Below, piece by piece: positions 27,270 through 38,578 of a stretch of DNA of 64,000 nucleotides. The stretch is from Dipteris shenzhenensis. Lineage: Eukaryota. How positions within the stretch are numbered: position 1 is the stretch's first letter; each line of letters begins with the position of its first letter. The position numbers and the translations under genes were made by a program. The notes below the pieces were generated by a model. It saw only the letters and a program-made list of their open reading frames with translations, did not search any database and was not told the origin of the DNA. The stretch lies in NCBI GenBank assembly GCA_047967505.1, contig CM106538.1; one strand, written 5' to 3'.

Positions 27270-27625
27270 GCTTTGATACCATGAACAAATTTGAAGAGGG
27301 AGAGGAAAAGAGTGGAGATGAGGAGAGAGGTCACATCTATAGAGCACAGTACGAATGACTAATTATACACTGTATTAGTCACAACAAATGAATATATACA
27401 TACCCTTTTACCATTAGGCTTAGGATTCCAACCCTTGTGTGCCTTTCAGCACTCTGTGTTTTAGCGGTATGCACAACATGACCACAATAATGCTCATATG
27501 CATCCTTAGCAAGGCACTCACAAATTATTATCATGCCATTAGTGCCTTGGGGGGGACACTACCAAGGAAACCTACATACAACATGCATTCAAGGGGTAAT
27601 ATTTAAACCTGCATGGTATTAGAGC
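27270..27625. mobile_element. LTR-like segment bracketed by two outward-facing tRNA-iMet PBS-like motifs
   Basis: Minus strand ...TTCA TGGTATCAAAGC (27281-27270) and plus strand ...TGCA TGGTATTAGAGC (27614-27625). Confidence 0.55.
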
Positions 27626-28110
27626 CGGTGTCAAAGTTTAGAGATCTCTCTCACATTTGGGTGCATCCAACGGTTTTGGTTTGTGTCGATAAGGTAGATT
27701 CATCGTACTTGTTCAGTACACAAACAATGGCAATGCAATAAGTAAGAGGATAGCTTACATGTGCATCAATGTGGCAGCAATGGAAACAAGGGTGGTGGTG
27801 TTTGTTGACATAACACTTGGCAAAAATATTGCAAGGGTAGTATGGAGGCAATGGTAGTTAACATTACACTTGGCAAAAAATATTGGAAGGGCAATATACA
27901 CCCCTCTAGATAAAAAGGTAAAATGAAAAAAGGGTTCATGGGTAATCCAATCACATGGAGATATGAGAGGACAATGTCACATATAAAGTGGATATGCTAG
28001 GCATATAAGGCGTAGGAGGTAAGGTTCCTATCTTAGTAACATTTTTGGTTAGATACTTTTTGAAGTGCCTAGGTGGCATGTGGTGTGGGTACCCCATGCA
28101 TGCGACTCTC

Positions 28111-28166
<56 letters not shown>

Positions 28167-28649
28167 CCTTATTTGTCACTCCACCCTTGTTTTAGCATCA
28201 ATTCAACATGTTGTATTTATGGTTGGAGCTAGCATGCTATTCACAAATGCATCACTTTTGCCAATGCTACTAAGCTAGACATAACCTTGATATTTCCATT
28301 GTCAACAAGTGATCCTATGTCTACTCAGCCTCCCTCTTCCCTTCCATTACTCAATCTACCCTCACACTCCCCCTTCCCTTCCATCCCTCTCCCCTCTCCA
28401 TCTCCTTACTTGCCGTTCCATCCCCCCTGTCCCTTGCATCAGTCTCCCCCTTCCCGCCCATCCTTACTCTCCCCCTTTTCTAGCCCTCTTCTATTTTCCA
28501 TGTTGAAACTAGATAAGAGTGCTTATAGGTCTTATCCTTGCATTGAAACTTAGCTATTGTTTGCCCAAACGACCTTTTGGGAATCTACACTATATAGGTC
28601 ATTGCATTTGCAATAGTCCTCTAGTTTCAACAAGGAGTTTCCTTGAACT

Positions 28650-31600
28650 TTAAACAAAAAACAATTAAATTTTGGTTATATTATAGTGGCTAGTCAGGTC
28701 TTCAGAAAAGACCATTTACAAGTTAGGCTGCCAAAATGGGCAAACCGCCCTCATCCAATGCTACACACAACAAAGGGAGACTATGTGTCCATACATATTT
28801 TATGACTAAGAGTGCCCTGCTCACAACTGGGTCTGAGTTGCTCAGGACCCATCCCAAATCTCTGAAGCTATTTTTTAGCATGTTGATTATCAAGGTTTCC
28901 CTACTTGAGGCACCCACCATATTGCGAGAGGCCAGCGAGTTGTGGACCTCCCAAATAGTGAACATGGCGGATGCTCGGACATATTTCAGCACACCGCCAA
29001 GGTGGATGGAAGGTGAGATGCATTACCCACGAAGATTAGATCCATGATGTCGCCAATGCAAAGCTTGCCTATCAGACCCGACACCTGGATTGCCTTCTCC
29101 ACCCTCCACCAAGTGGTACGTGAGACATTGCAATGAAACATTAGGTGATTGAGGGTTTCAATTGTACTTTCACAGAGGGGACACAATGCTTGCCTCTTAG
29201 AGGGAGCCGCTATAACATCACCTTCCACATACTAAAACTTACCTTACCAGACATAGAATGCTTCCAAATACTTCTCAGAATGTGGGACTACCAAGTCACT
29301 CCTCTTTTGAGGACCATTTACCAGTTAAGTTCCAAAATAAGGGTCTGGTCTTTAGAGAATTGGCCGTAGACTATCTTGGCTGCAATTCTGGTCAGTTGGG
29401 ATCTATCAAGAAATCATTGCCTAACCTTCCATTCCCTGGATGGTATAGTGTTAGTTGGCTAGGACTTCGAAAGCCTATCGAAGACTGCTTGCAACAAATA
29501 TTTCCTCCCTCTCCCTCTCCCTCTCCCTCCCTCCCCCTCCCTCCTCCTCTCCCCTCCTCCGTCTTGCTCCTCCTCCTCCCTCTCCCCTCTCCCTTCCTCC
29601 TCCTTCTAGCTCCTCCTCCTCCTTCTGGCTCCTCCTCCCTCCTTCCTCTCCCCTCCTTCTCCAGCCGCCCAGGATCCCTCTCCTCTGCTCCTCCCTCCTG
29701 CAGAATCTCTCCCCTCCTCCTCCCTCCTATAGCATCTCCCCCTCTCTAGATCAATTGGTTCTTCATGTGTCGGTGGAGGATCTACCTGTAGCGCCTTAGC
29801 ATCTATTTGTGAGAAGATGGGATTTAATGAGCCTGGCTTTTCATTGGCACTTATTCATTCAATACTTCAATTTGATAACTTCCCTCATGGAGGATCTACC
29901 TATAGATGAGGGCCATCGACGGCTTTACCTACTCGCGACAGCTATCCCCTGTAGCCCCTTTGACCGAGGGGTCATCACCTAGGCATACCCATCGTAGGTC
30001 GACGAAGAGTAGTAAGGGTCGAGGCTATTGTGGTGGCTTGTAAGATGTAGACAAGTCTACACACTCACATCCCTAATGGTTTCCACTTCGTCATGAGATG
30101 CAGTACCAGTCAGGTCCCTTACCCTCTCCACTCATAGGTAGTGGCACCCCAGAGCCCAGTCCCTCTGCTACTCCTCGCTCCTTAAGTGCTCATACCACCC
30201 CTCGCTCTAGCTCTCCCACTCCATCCAGCGCGAATCCTTCGGACTTTGTTTTTCCTGAGGACCTTTTCTACAGAGAACCGCGTTGGGGAGGTTATACATG
30301 ACAAGGATGGGAAGGCGGTCACCAGATACACAAGGAGGTTGGTGAGAACCCACTTCCCAAATGATATATTCAAACCTTGGAAACAACAAGACTAGAGCAG
30401 TTAAAATGGCCACAGAGCTCCTCGAGGGAGAACAAATTCGCCTGTCCTTGATTCTATAAATCAGCCCAAACTCACACTCCCTTTTTGTGTATAATCTTCT
30501 AGCTCTAGTGGGACCATGCAACCTGAAGGGATCTTTTCTGAAGGTGGTAGTACACCAAAATACTTTCAAGGAGGCTAGCATCGCCTCTTAGGCCTTCATG
30601 GCCTCTCCACTTCACCATATGCCAATTTTCTTTCCAAGCAGCTATAAGCCCTACCACCATATCAAAACCTTTGATCTTGAGGGGGAATCCTGAGCATAAT
30701 TTGTGACACCATGACAGGACATGCCAACTTCCTACACCTCTGCTTTTACCCTTTTCAATGAAATCCTTCATGATTTCTATCCAGGGCACTTGAGAGTCAA
30801 AAAGTCTCGAAAGCCACTTCGTAAATAAATGAGACATTACGCAGCTTGATGTCTGAGAGCCCGAGCCCACCCTGAAGTTTCGGGACATCCTCCTTCTTCC
30901 CCCTTCTACCCAAAGAAAGGCCCTTAGGAGCCTTCCACCAATTCCTGCCCAATAGGCTTTGGAAAAGTGCCAAACTAAAGAAATGTAGGTTGTTGATGTA
31001 GACAGAATGTGCTGGATGACTAGCGTGCGGGCGTTCCACCCCAAGACATGCCCCTACCAAGCACATAATTTAACCTTTTTAGAAACCAATTAAACCTTTG
31101 CCTATCGGCAATGCCCAAGCCTAGAAGCACACTAAGGTAAGTACCTAACCTACTCACCTCTTTGGATCACTTCAACTTTCATATTCGTGAGCCAATTTGG
31201 AGAGGGGGGGCATCCGATTCTGAGAGCAAAGGTCTTGCTCCAGCTACAGTGGGAGCCCAAGACACTTCTCTATGACTCTAATGAGATAGGACACACTACC
31301 AGCATCCTTGACAGAAAAGGCAGCCATATCATCCGCGAATAGCTGTGATCCAAGTTGGTTACTCGAGGGTAGAGCAATGCCTTTACAAACTCGCCTTAAC
31401 AACATCAATGGACATACAGACCTCTTGGAGCCAGATAGCTAGCACTTTTGCTATGATCTTGTAGGAGTTTTTGAGTATGGTAATTGAGCGCCAGTCGCCT
31501 ACCTTCATCCTATTCTATCTTTTAGGGAAGAGCTTTACTAACCCCATATTGACATCTTTGATAGACACCCTCTGCATGCGAATTCGGTGATAAGTACATC

Positions 31601-34333
31601 TAGCCTGGGGGCTCTGTCCTTTGCCATTGCCATTAAGGCTTCTTCCAGTTCTTGTAAAGAAAAGGGCCTGTCTAGGTGTTAATGCCTGCCCCCAATCTGC
31701 ACCTTGCACTGCCTCTTCACCCACAATAGCACTGAGCTCCTTTAAAAAGATGTTGATGATGTGCCAGTAATCTAACACCACATTGCATGCTGCGTCCTCG
31801 ATCCTATCCGCTTTCTTCTGATACACTCTAAAATGATTTTTGAGAGACAGTCCCCTACCTAGAGCCATCGTTGGCTGCTTCTAACTTTGGTGAGCTCTGC
31901 TTCATCAAACTCCTCCAACTGCATTGCAGTTTCAATGTCAACAATTAGTGTCGAAAGTACTGAATCTTCTGGCGATGCCTCCACGACTGTACTAAGGGAT
32001 TTCATGATCTTTGACAACTACATGTTGGAATCTTCTTCGCCTTCTTGTGATGAGTATGATAATAGTCTAATGGTGTACTTGCCTAATTGCGGCATCCCAT
32101 CTCTGATAGAGGTCAATTATCTCTAACTTTGTATTAGCCGCCCAACCTCTTCTAATCTCCATGCAGATGGTTTTAAACTTTAGCAGGGCATTGTTGAACT
32201 GAAACGGCAGATCCCATGGCTGATTGCTTGAGATGGGGACATAGAGACTCCAACTCACTAGCACATGGTATGAGAGACAAGTTTTATGAACACATTCTCC
32301 TTTCCAAGGCTCCCTGAGCCACCACCCTTCACCAGAGACATAAAACTGATCTAGACCTCCAGTGCAGAATTCGTCAACTTGTCTTCTATTGTTCTACATG
32401 ATCTCAGACAAGCCTTATCCTTACAGTGTCTTATGACCTAATTAATCACTAGATTTTCCTAGGTTTCTCTCTCCAAACATGAAGTATGAGGGGATGGATG
32501 AGAACGGTTATCCGAGGATTTTGTTGCATTCCAATCCCGACCTAACAATCAATGCTCACCCAACATGAGACAATCTAGGAATCCGTAGCACTCAGTCCTC
32601 TCCCAGTGTGAATTGGGGGTATGCACCTAGTCTACATTAAACTTAAAGCCATGCATGACTAACAATGCGCCCACTACCCCACTACCCTGATCTCTAAACA
32701 ATTCCCGAGCCTTACACTGAGTAAACAAGCAAAGCAAAACCCCCCCATTCCTCACATGGAACATATCAAAATCCAATTTTCAGGCAGGATTGCCAAAAGC
32801 TATCATCTACATCCACTTCACCTCCTGAAGTAACACTACTTTGGGTTTTAACCTCCTAATGACCTATAGACACGCTTTTTGCTTCAATGTACTGCAACAC
32901 CCCCTAACATTCCAAGAAATCACTGAGACCACCAAATTTCTTATTGTTAGAGACTCGTTGCGAGAGGGTTCTATACGCATCTCTAAAGGAAATAAAATAG
33001 GTTGTCTCTCCTTGACCCCGCCTTGCTCGTCGCTTCCTCGATTCTTTTGGAGAGGCCCTTAGATGATATCGTGTGTGGTGGGACTTCCTCATAGCTAACT
33101 TGTGTGGATTCCTCTTCTTGTGGTAGGCCTTCAAGAGCTCTTCATCTTGCTAGAATGGATGACTATCAATAGCTTGTATCTCAACTGAGGCAAGATTACA
33201 ACTCTCTTTGCTAACCTGTTGCTTGATGTGGGGGATATCATCCACCACAGTCAGATTCTTGCCATGCTTGGCCTATCCATCAAAAAGGCCTATGAATGAA
33301 CTTTCAAGAGCTTCCAATACATTTGCTTAACCTTTCTTACCGACAACTTTCCAGGGTTCTGGTCAAACTTCTTCATGTGATTGTTGCGATTCTGTAGCAT
33401 CGACCGCAAAGATGCAACTTGGTGACTTGATGGCTTGCATGTTGTTGGATGGCTTGAGAGACTCCCTTGGTCATCATGTTTGCAGAGGACTCATTGTCGC
33501 CTTGTGCCAACTGTGTATTCATAGCTCAAAGTGGGCATGATTTCATAAAATGGCTTGTCTGGATATATACAAAGCAAGCATCCATGAATGGCTTGAATTG
33601 TACGTGCTGCACTATCGAGAGACCATTTAGTAGGCGAAATTCGATGAAATTTGGGAGTTCTTGGGTGCGATCCCATAGGATCCAGACGCATCCCACTAGC
33701 GACCATGATGAGGGAGGAATGAGCAGGATTCTACGCAGAGCAGCAGCCAACCTTTCCAGTGCATCACCAAGCTAGGGGGGGAGGTTAGGGAACTCCACCC
33801 ACATAGGACAATCATGGTATGGGAATTCACGATTGAAAAGGAGGAACACCAGGGGAAGACCAAAACTAAGGCTCCGGAAAACTGATACTACCTCCCTAAG
33901 ATTTCATTGCATAAGGCTTTCGACGGACATTGTAAGAGAAAGAACCTTTTGCTGCAATGCTTTGCCAGAAAGGCTCTAGTCGGGATGTCACATTTGTAGG
34001 CAAGAAATTGTCGGAGCTCATCCATGGATGGACCCTTCCTGTAAAGAATAGATAGGCTCCACCTATGGACAGTCTTTCTAGTTCTGGTTGGACATCATGA
34101 AGTTGCCACTCCTTCCGGCTTGTCTCTTTAGCTTTGCGTTGGATTTCACCCCGCAAGATCCGCTTAGCTTCCTCGACCTCCACTGGGGTAAAGCCAACTT
34201 TGAGCTTCCTTGCAAGGGCTTTCGCATAAGATAACCTATCTGTGTTGTCGGCTACATCATTGGGTTGCACCTCCTTCGAGACTAACTGCTCCTCTTTCGA
34301 GGAGCTCGATTCGCTACCACTTGCATTGCTCAT
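28650..34333 (-). mobile_element. Decayed L1-type LINE (ORF1, APE endonuclease, RT, C-terminal zinc finger)
   Basis: ORF1-like frame from 34333; ISWNVRG near 32910; GDWRSITILKNSYKIIAKVL near 31470; QLFADDMA near 31335 with the RT core between them deleted; GGLGLSD near 30860; CPLCESTIETLNHLMFHC near 29160. Confidence 0.85.
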
Positions 34334-35164
34334 CTCACTCTCTTAACCCTCCTGCTAAGAAATGCTACACCTAGCTCTCTTTAGGGAGCCTCTCAACCCC
34401 CCTTCATTGTTGAGATGCGTGGTGGGCATGCAATAACCTGGATACCTTAAGCCTCTCATGAGTTTCTGCTTCATCCGCCTACACTTTTAATGTTAGAAAC
34501 TTGAAAGACCACCCACAAGACCATTGATGCAAGAACACGAATGGAGCTTCCTTGAACTTAATTGGAGGACATTGTTGCATGTTAATTCTCACCTTGTAAT
34601 AATCATATAGGACCATGCATTTGTTTAATTGGAGCTTCTAGGCATATATGAACTATTTGATAACACCCTTAATTTCCATGACCTAGTATATATAGGATGG
34701 GGGACTCACTTGCCCTTGCATTCCTCCTCACTATCTTGAGGAGGAGCATGAAAGGTTGTACAAAGCATTATCAAAAGTAAGAGGTTAACATCATGCAGTC
34801 TCTTTGTGACATGCTCCAACGACAAGGAGTATTACTTGATTGGCAAGGAATGATATATGTAAATCTTCTTTCCAATTCACATGTCAAGTTCCTCAATTTT
34901 GATGTTTGTTGCCTTACTTACACACAGGTCCTACTTTATGATTCAAGCAATGATAGCAATGGTATGAAAAAACAACATGATGATGACAATGAGTGATCGT
35001 TATAGTCTCTTATTCTAAATTGTCTTTCCCTATGAAGCATTTTTACTCCCCCCCCTCGAGGGTGTACTCATTTTCACATGTCTTAAAGGATTTGCTCAAG
35101 GGCGTACTAATTTTCACAGGTCTTATAGGCTTTTCTAGCCTTTAGAAAACGTTAATAAATCTCT

Positions 35165-35335
35165 ACCTTTGAAGGGTTTTTGACTTTGAAGGGCTTTTTC
35201 CTCTTTTAAGGGGTTTTTGGTTGTGGGACCCTCATTCAAGGGGTTCTTGGTCATGTATCCCCCTTTCAAGGGGTTATTGCTTATATATCTCCCATTCAAA
35301 GGGTTCTTGTTCACCCTTTCAAAGGGTTCATGGGT
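35165..35335. repeat. Degenerate short tandem repeat (c/ttt-caaggggtt motif)
   Basis: About seven spaced copies of (t)ttcaaggggtt / ttgaagggtt. Confidence 0.5.
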
Positions 35336-36699
35336 CCATATATGACCTTATAGTGGGGTTGAATGGGCCTTAAAAAGCCCCATTTTGCCTCAGAATGTTT
35401 TTAGAAAAAGACACAATATTAGTATATTCATTGGCTATTTTATCACTATATCAATTCATAGCATTGGTATTTCCATTGATATTTGCTTGGTGGCCGATGA
35501 AAATATCAACAAAAATATAGGTCCAAATATCGATGTCCAGCAATAAATATTTTGGTGAAAATTCCTCTTTCCAACACTGACAATGGAGTTTATGGTTATA
35601 CCAATGATCTCTTATCAATGGTTTTACTATGATCGTTTCGCACTCTTAAACTTTCATTTTCTTAACAAATTTTGTTGAAATTTATAAAAAACAGCCAATA
35701 TCTTGTAGTGCTCCTCTTTTTAGATTTAAGGTAAGGTGAGTTTGGAGGAAAAGCAAGAAAACAATCATTAAAACAAGATTGGTAGACTTGTATAGAAAAT
35801 CAACACATGTAGTCCTCTCTTTGAAACCCTCTAACGTCACCACCTATTAATGAAGTATTTCTTTTTTTGCAAACGTATAGGCATCCTATTATCTGCTCCT
35901 TGTTGCTTCCCATTGCTTTGGTGATTGTTTAGATATTAACTTCTGAACTCTCAAGGACACTACTAGAATCCCGATGCTTCATCATGTTGCTATAGTGCTT
36001 ATGTCACATGACATTTTGGTGCTTAGTTGTTTTGAATGGTTGTGAGGCTAGCACGATCATAGATGAACTCCTGATGGCCTCTATCTCTAGTTTCATGAAC
36101 TATATCTAAGGGTTTCAATGTTTTTTTCATTAGTTCTTCATAAGTTTGCATTAGTTGCAATTCTAGGAATTGTGCGCCATGACTTTAGAGGTAAATGTCA
36201 CTCTCCTTTTGCTCCTTAGGTTTAGCATTGATAACATTGACAATGCTTGGTGAAACATCCAATGTATCCATGTAGGCATGTAGCATGAGAGTGGTCAATC
36301 CATCCAAGACCCCAAACTCAAAACTCAAAATCACATTGGTTCACCAGAGTTCTTGCTACTTGCCAATTCAGGTTAGTGGATTGAGTTTCCACTCCATAAT
36401 AAACACTTTGTGAGTCAACAAGGAGAGGAATGGTGATCAATTGTGCATGAGGGTTGGAAACACAAAAGGGGGAGGGGAGGGGGCACCGACGAGGGTATCC
36501 CAAGGAACGTGAGCTCTTATGTAAAGCCAACCCGAGCAAAGTGTGTATGAGAGATGCATGCACGACTCTTTGAAAGTGAGCAAGGTTTTGAAAGCTTACA
36601 ACGGGTGTGTGTACTGGGTGGGAAGCTGAATGAATGGAAAGGTAATAAGCGATAGTAGGAAAGGAGAAGCAAGGAAGGGGTGGGAAGGAGGAGGAGGAG

Positions 36700-36805
36700 G
36701 CAAAGTGACGTCAAGGGTAAAAAGTAAGATTCGTGCAAGTTGCATCATCATCATAAGCTCTTCTAAATAAAGCCGTAGAGGAGACTCTGATGTGTTCACG
36801 TGGAG
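36700..36805 (+). promoter_or_regulatory. Putative proximal promoter of the host gene and MIR168
   Basis: TGACGTCA at 36706-36713, TATA-like ctaaataaag near 36763, and G-box CACGTG at 36797-36802. Confidence 0.35.
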
Positions 36806-36818
36806 CTTTGATAAGACG

Positions 36819-38578
36819 ATGGCTTCTTCTTCTCATGAAGAAGCCCAGCACCCACAAACCCTCCCCTCTCCCTCCCTCCTCCTCCCCCTCGTCTCTTCCT
36901 CCCCCTCTTCCCTCTTTCGTCCCCTCCAGTTTTTCGTCGCTTGGCAAGGCGTCCTCACCATCGCCTACTCCGGCTTCCCTCCCCCCCTCTCCAAGGTTCT
37001 TCTCCCCCTCCCCCTTCTTTCGTTTTGTTTCCCCTTTTTGGCCCTGCTCCCTAGCTTTTGGATTTTTTTTTGTGATAGATTCATCCCGTAGCCGCGTTTT
37101 GGAGCTCCGGCCGCCCCCCCCAGTCAAAGCCTTGACGTGACTCGTAAAGTCTCACTGGTCACTCGAATTCGATTGGTGCAGATCGGGAATCCTTGCTCCT
37201 CCCCCGCGGAGGCACAGGGGTGAATCTCTAACTGATATTGTGACTCCCGGAGGTTGCGATTCCCCTTCTGCATCAATTGAATTTGAGTCACAAGGGATAT
37301 GTAGCCCTTCCGCTCACTTGAAAACTTTCCACCGACCGTCTAACCATTTAGTAAGTACCCGCTGATGGAAAAGTTGTACGGGGGATTGTTTGCCTTTCCT
37401 TCGTTTTAGCGTTTATATTTTGTTGGAGAGACTATCGTCGGGTTGCATTGTTCATTTCCCAACATTATTTTATGCGTCAGACGAAATGTAGATATAGTCC
37501 TGAAAGGAAATCGTGGGAAAGTCTAATCGTGTTTTTCTTCAACGGTAAAGTGAAAATTGTTGAGACAGAGCAGTAGGGCACAGATTGGAGTTACTTGAGA
37601 AATAGCATAGTAAAGCAAGATCTGCGAGGGTCGTAATTCTTGTGGTCCTCTCTTTATGTGCTTTGTTGGCAGCTAAAGGAAAACTTAGGCAAGGAGGCTT
37701 TGGGTATAGTAAAGGAAAATCCTGGGTCTATGTGGCCGAAAACAAGTCTGGCCTGCGTCAAAGACCATAAACGGCTGAGTATGATGCAACTGATGCAGCT
37801 CAGACAAATTTGCAGGTCAGACAACCCTGGATTGATTCAAAACAGAATATTTAAAAGCTATGCTGGAAGCAGCAAGATCTGTGAAATTGTCAATTCAGGC
37901 TGTAGGTCTTAGTCATTGATCTTCCGTATCAAGTTAAGAAATAGTGTAGAGTTTCCCGGAGATGTTGTCTGCAAGTATTCTTAGATACTGATGATGCACT
38001 CTAAATTGTGAAACTACAGTTCTTTGGGTTGTTCAGCTTACCCTTGTTGGCTGCAGCGAAGAAAGTTGTCATCTGGCGAAATCTTTGCCCGTGTTTGTTG
38101 ACAATCTGTCACTTGTTGTATATGCAAATTGTTGTCTTGAGAACGTTCTGCTTTCAACAAGAATTCCACTTCGCTTACCTGTTGATGAAGCGGAGCCTTC
38201 AGCAAATCAACTAGCACATGTCCAGGAGGTTGTGGGAGCTTTTGCAGCTGATAAGCTGGAGGAGTATTACTTTCATGCTTCAAAAGATGGTCTGCAGACC
38301 ATGGTTATCGCTTCCTTTTCTACCTTTTAAAGAGCACGTTTAGGTTGATCAGTAAACCCAGCTCTATTTCCTGCTGATGTTTAGCCTCGTGTGCTGTTCC
38401 AGGCAACCGTTCAGCCCACTACAGGCACCCCAAAGCAGGGGTAACTCTTGTCCACTTTTTATCCACTCCTCCTGCGGCTCTTACACATTTCAGAGCGAAA
38501 GTTGAGGCAACCTTACCAGGTTTATATGACTGGTTCTCCGAGGAGTCACTTCACATTACTATCAGGGCTCTGGTTTAA
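36819..38578 (+). CDS. Uncharacterised 242-aa protein, putative circularly permuted 2H-phosphoesterase-like; exons 36819-36995, 37673-37815, 38057-38289, 38403-38578
   Basis: Four GT-AG-joined exons (177+143+233+176=729 nt; phases 0, 2, 1) give an uninterrupted protein: MASSSHEE...PLQFFVAWQGVLTIAYSGFPPPLSK|LKENLG...ENPGSMWPKTSLAC...LRQIC|SEES...FVDNLSLVVY...FHASKD|GNRSAHYRHPKAGVTLVHFL...FRAKVEATLPGLYDWFSEESLHITIRALV*. Confidence 0.85.
37161..37288 (+). ncRNA. MIR168: MIR168 precursor hairpin; mature 37169-37189, star 37262-37282
   Basis: UCGAUUGGUGCAGAUCGGGAA differs from canonical UCGCUUGGUGCAGGUCGGGAA at two positions. The 3' arm CCCCUUCUGCAUCAAUUGAAU resembles miR168*. The 31-bp stem has 3 G:U pairs and 2 mismatches, and the duplex has 2-nt 3' overhangs. 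Confidence 0.93.

Noticed and set aside
28287-29799. Pro/Ser/Leu-rich extensin-like ORFs
   Set aside because: They derive from C/T-rich low-complexity DNA within or next to TE remnants.
36711-37127. 138-aa minus-strand G/E-rich ORF
   Set aside because: It is the antisense shadow of the pyrimidine-rich exon 1 and intron 1.
36790-37350. ORF 36790-37140 followed, after a single TGA, by an open frame through the hairpin up to the 37351 donor (possible readthrough or miPEP)
   Set aside because: The low-complexity frame overlaps the real exon 1 in another phase, has no recognisable motifs, and has no ATG after the stop.
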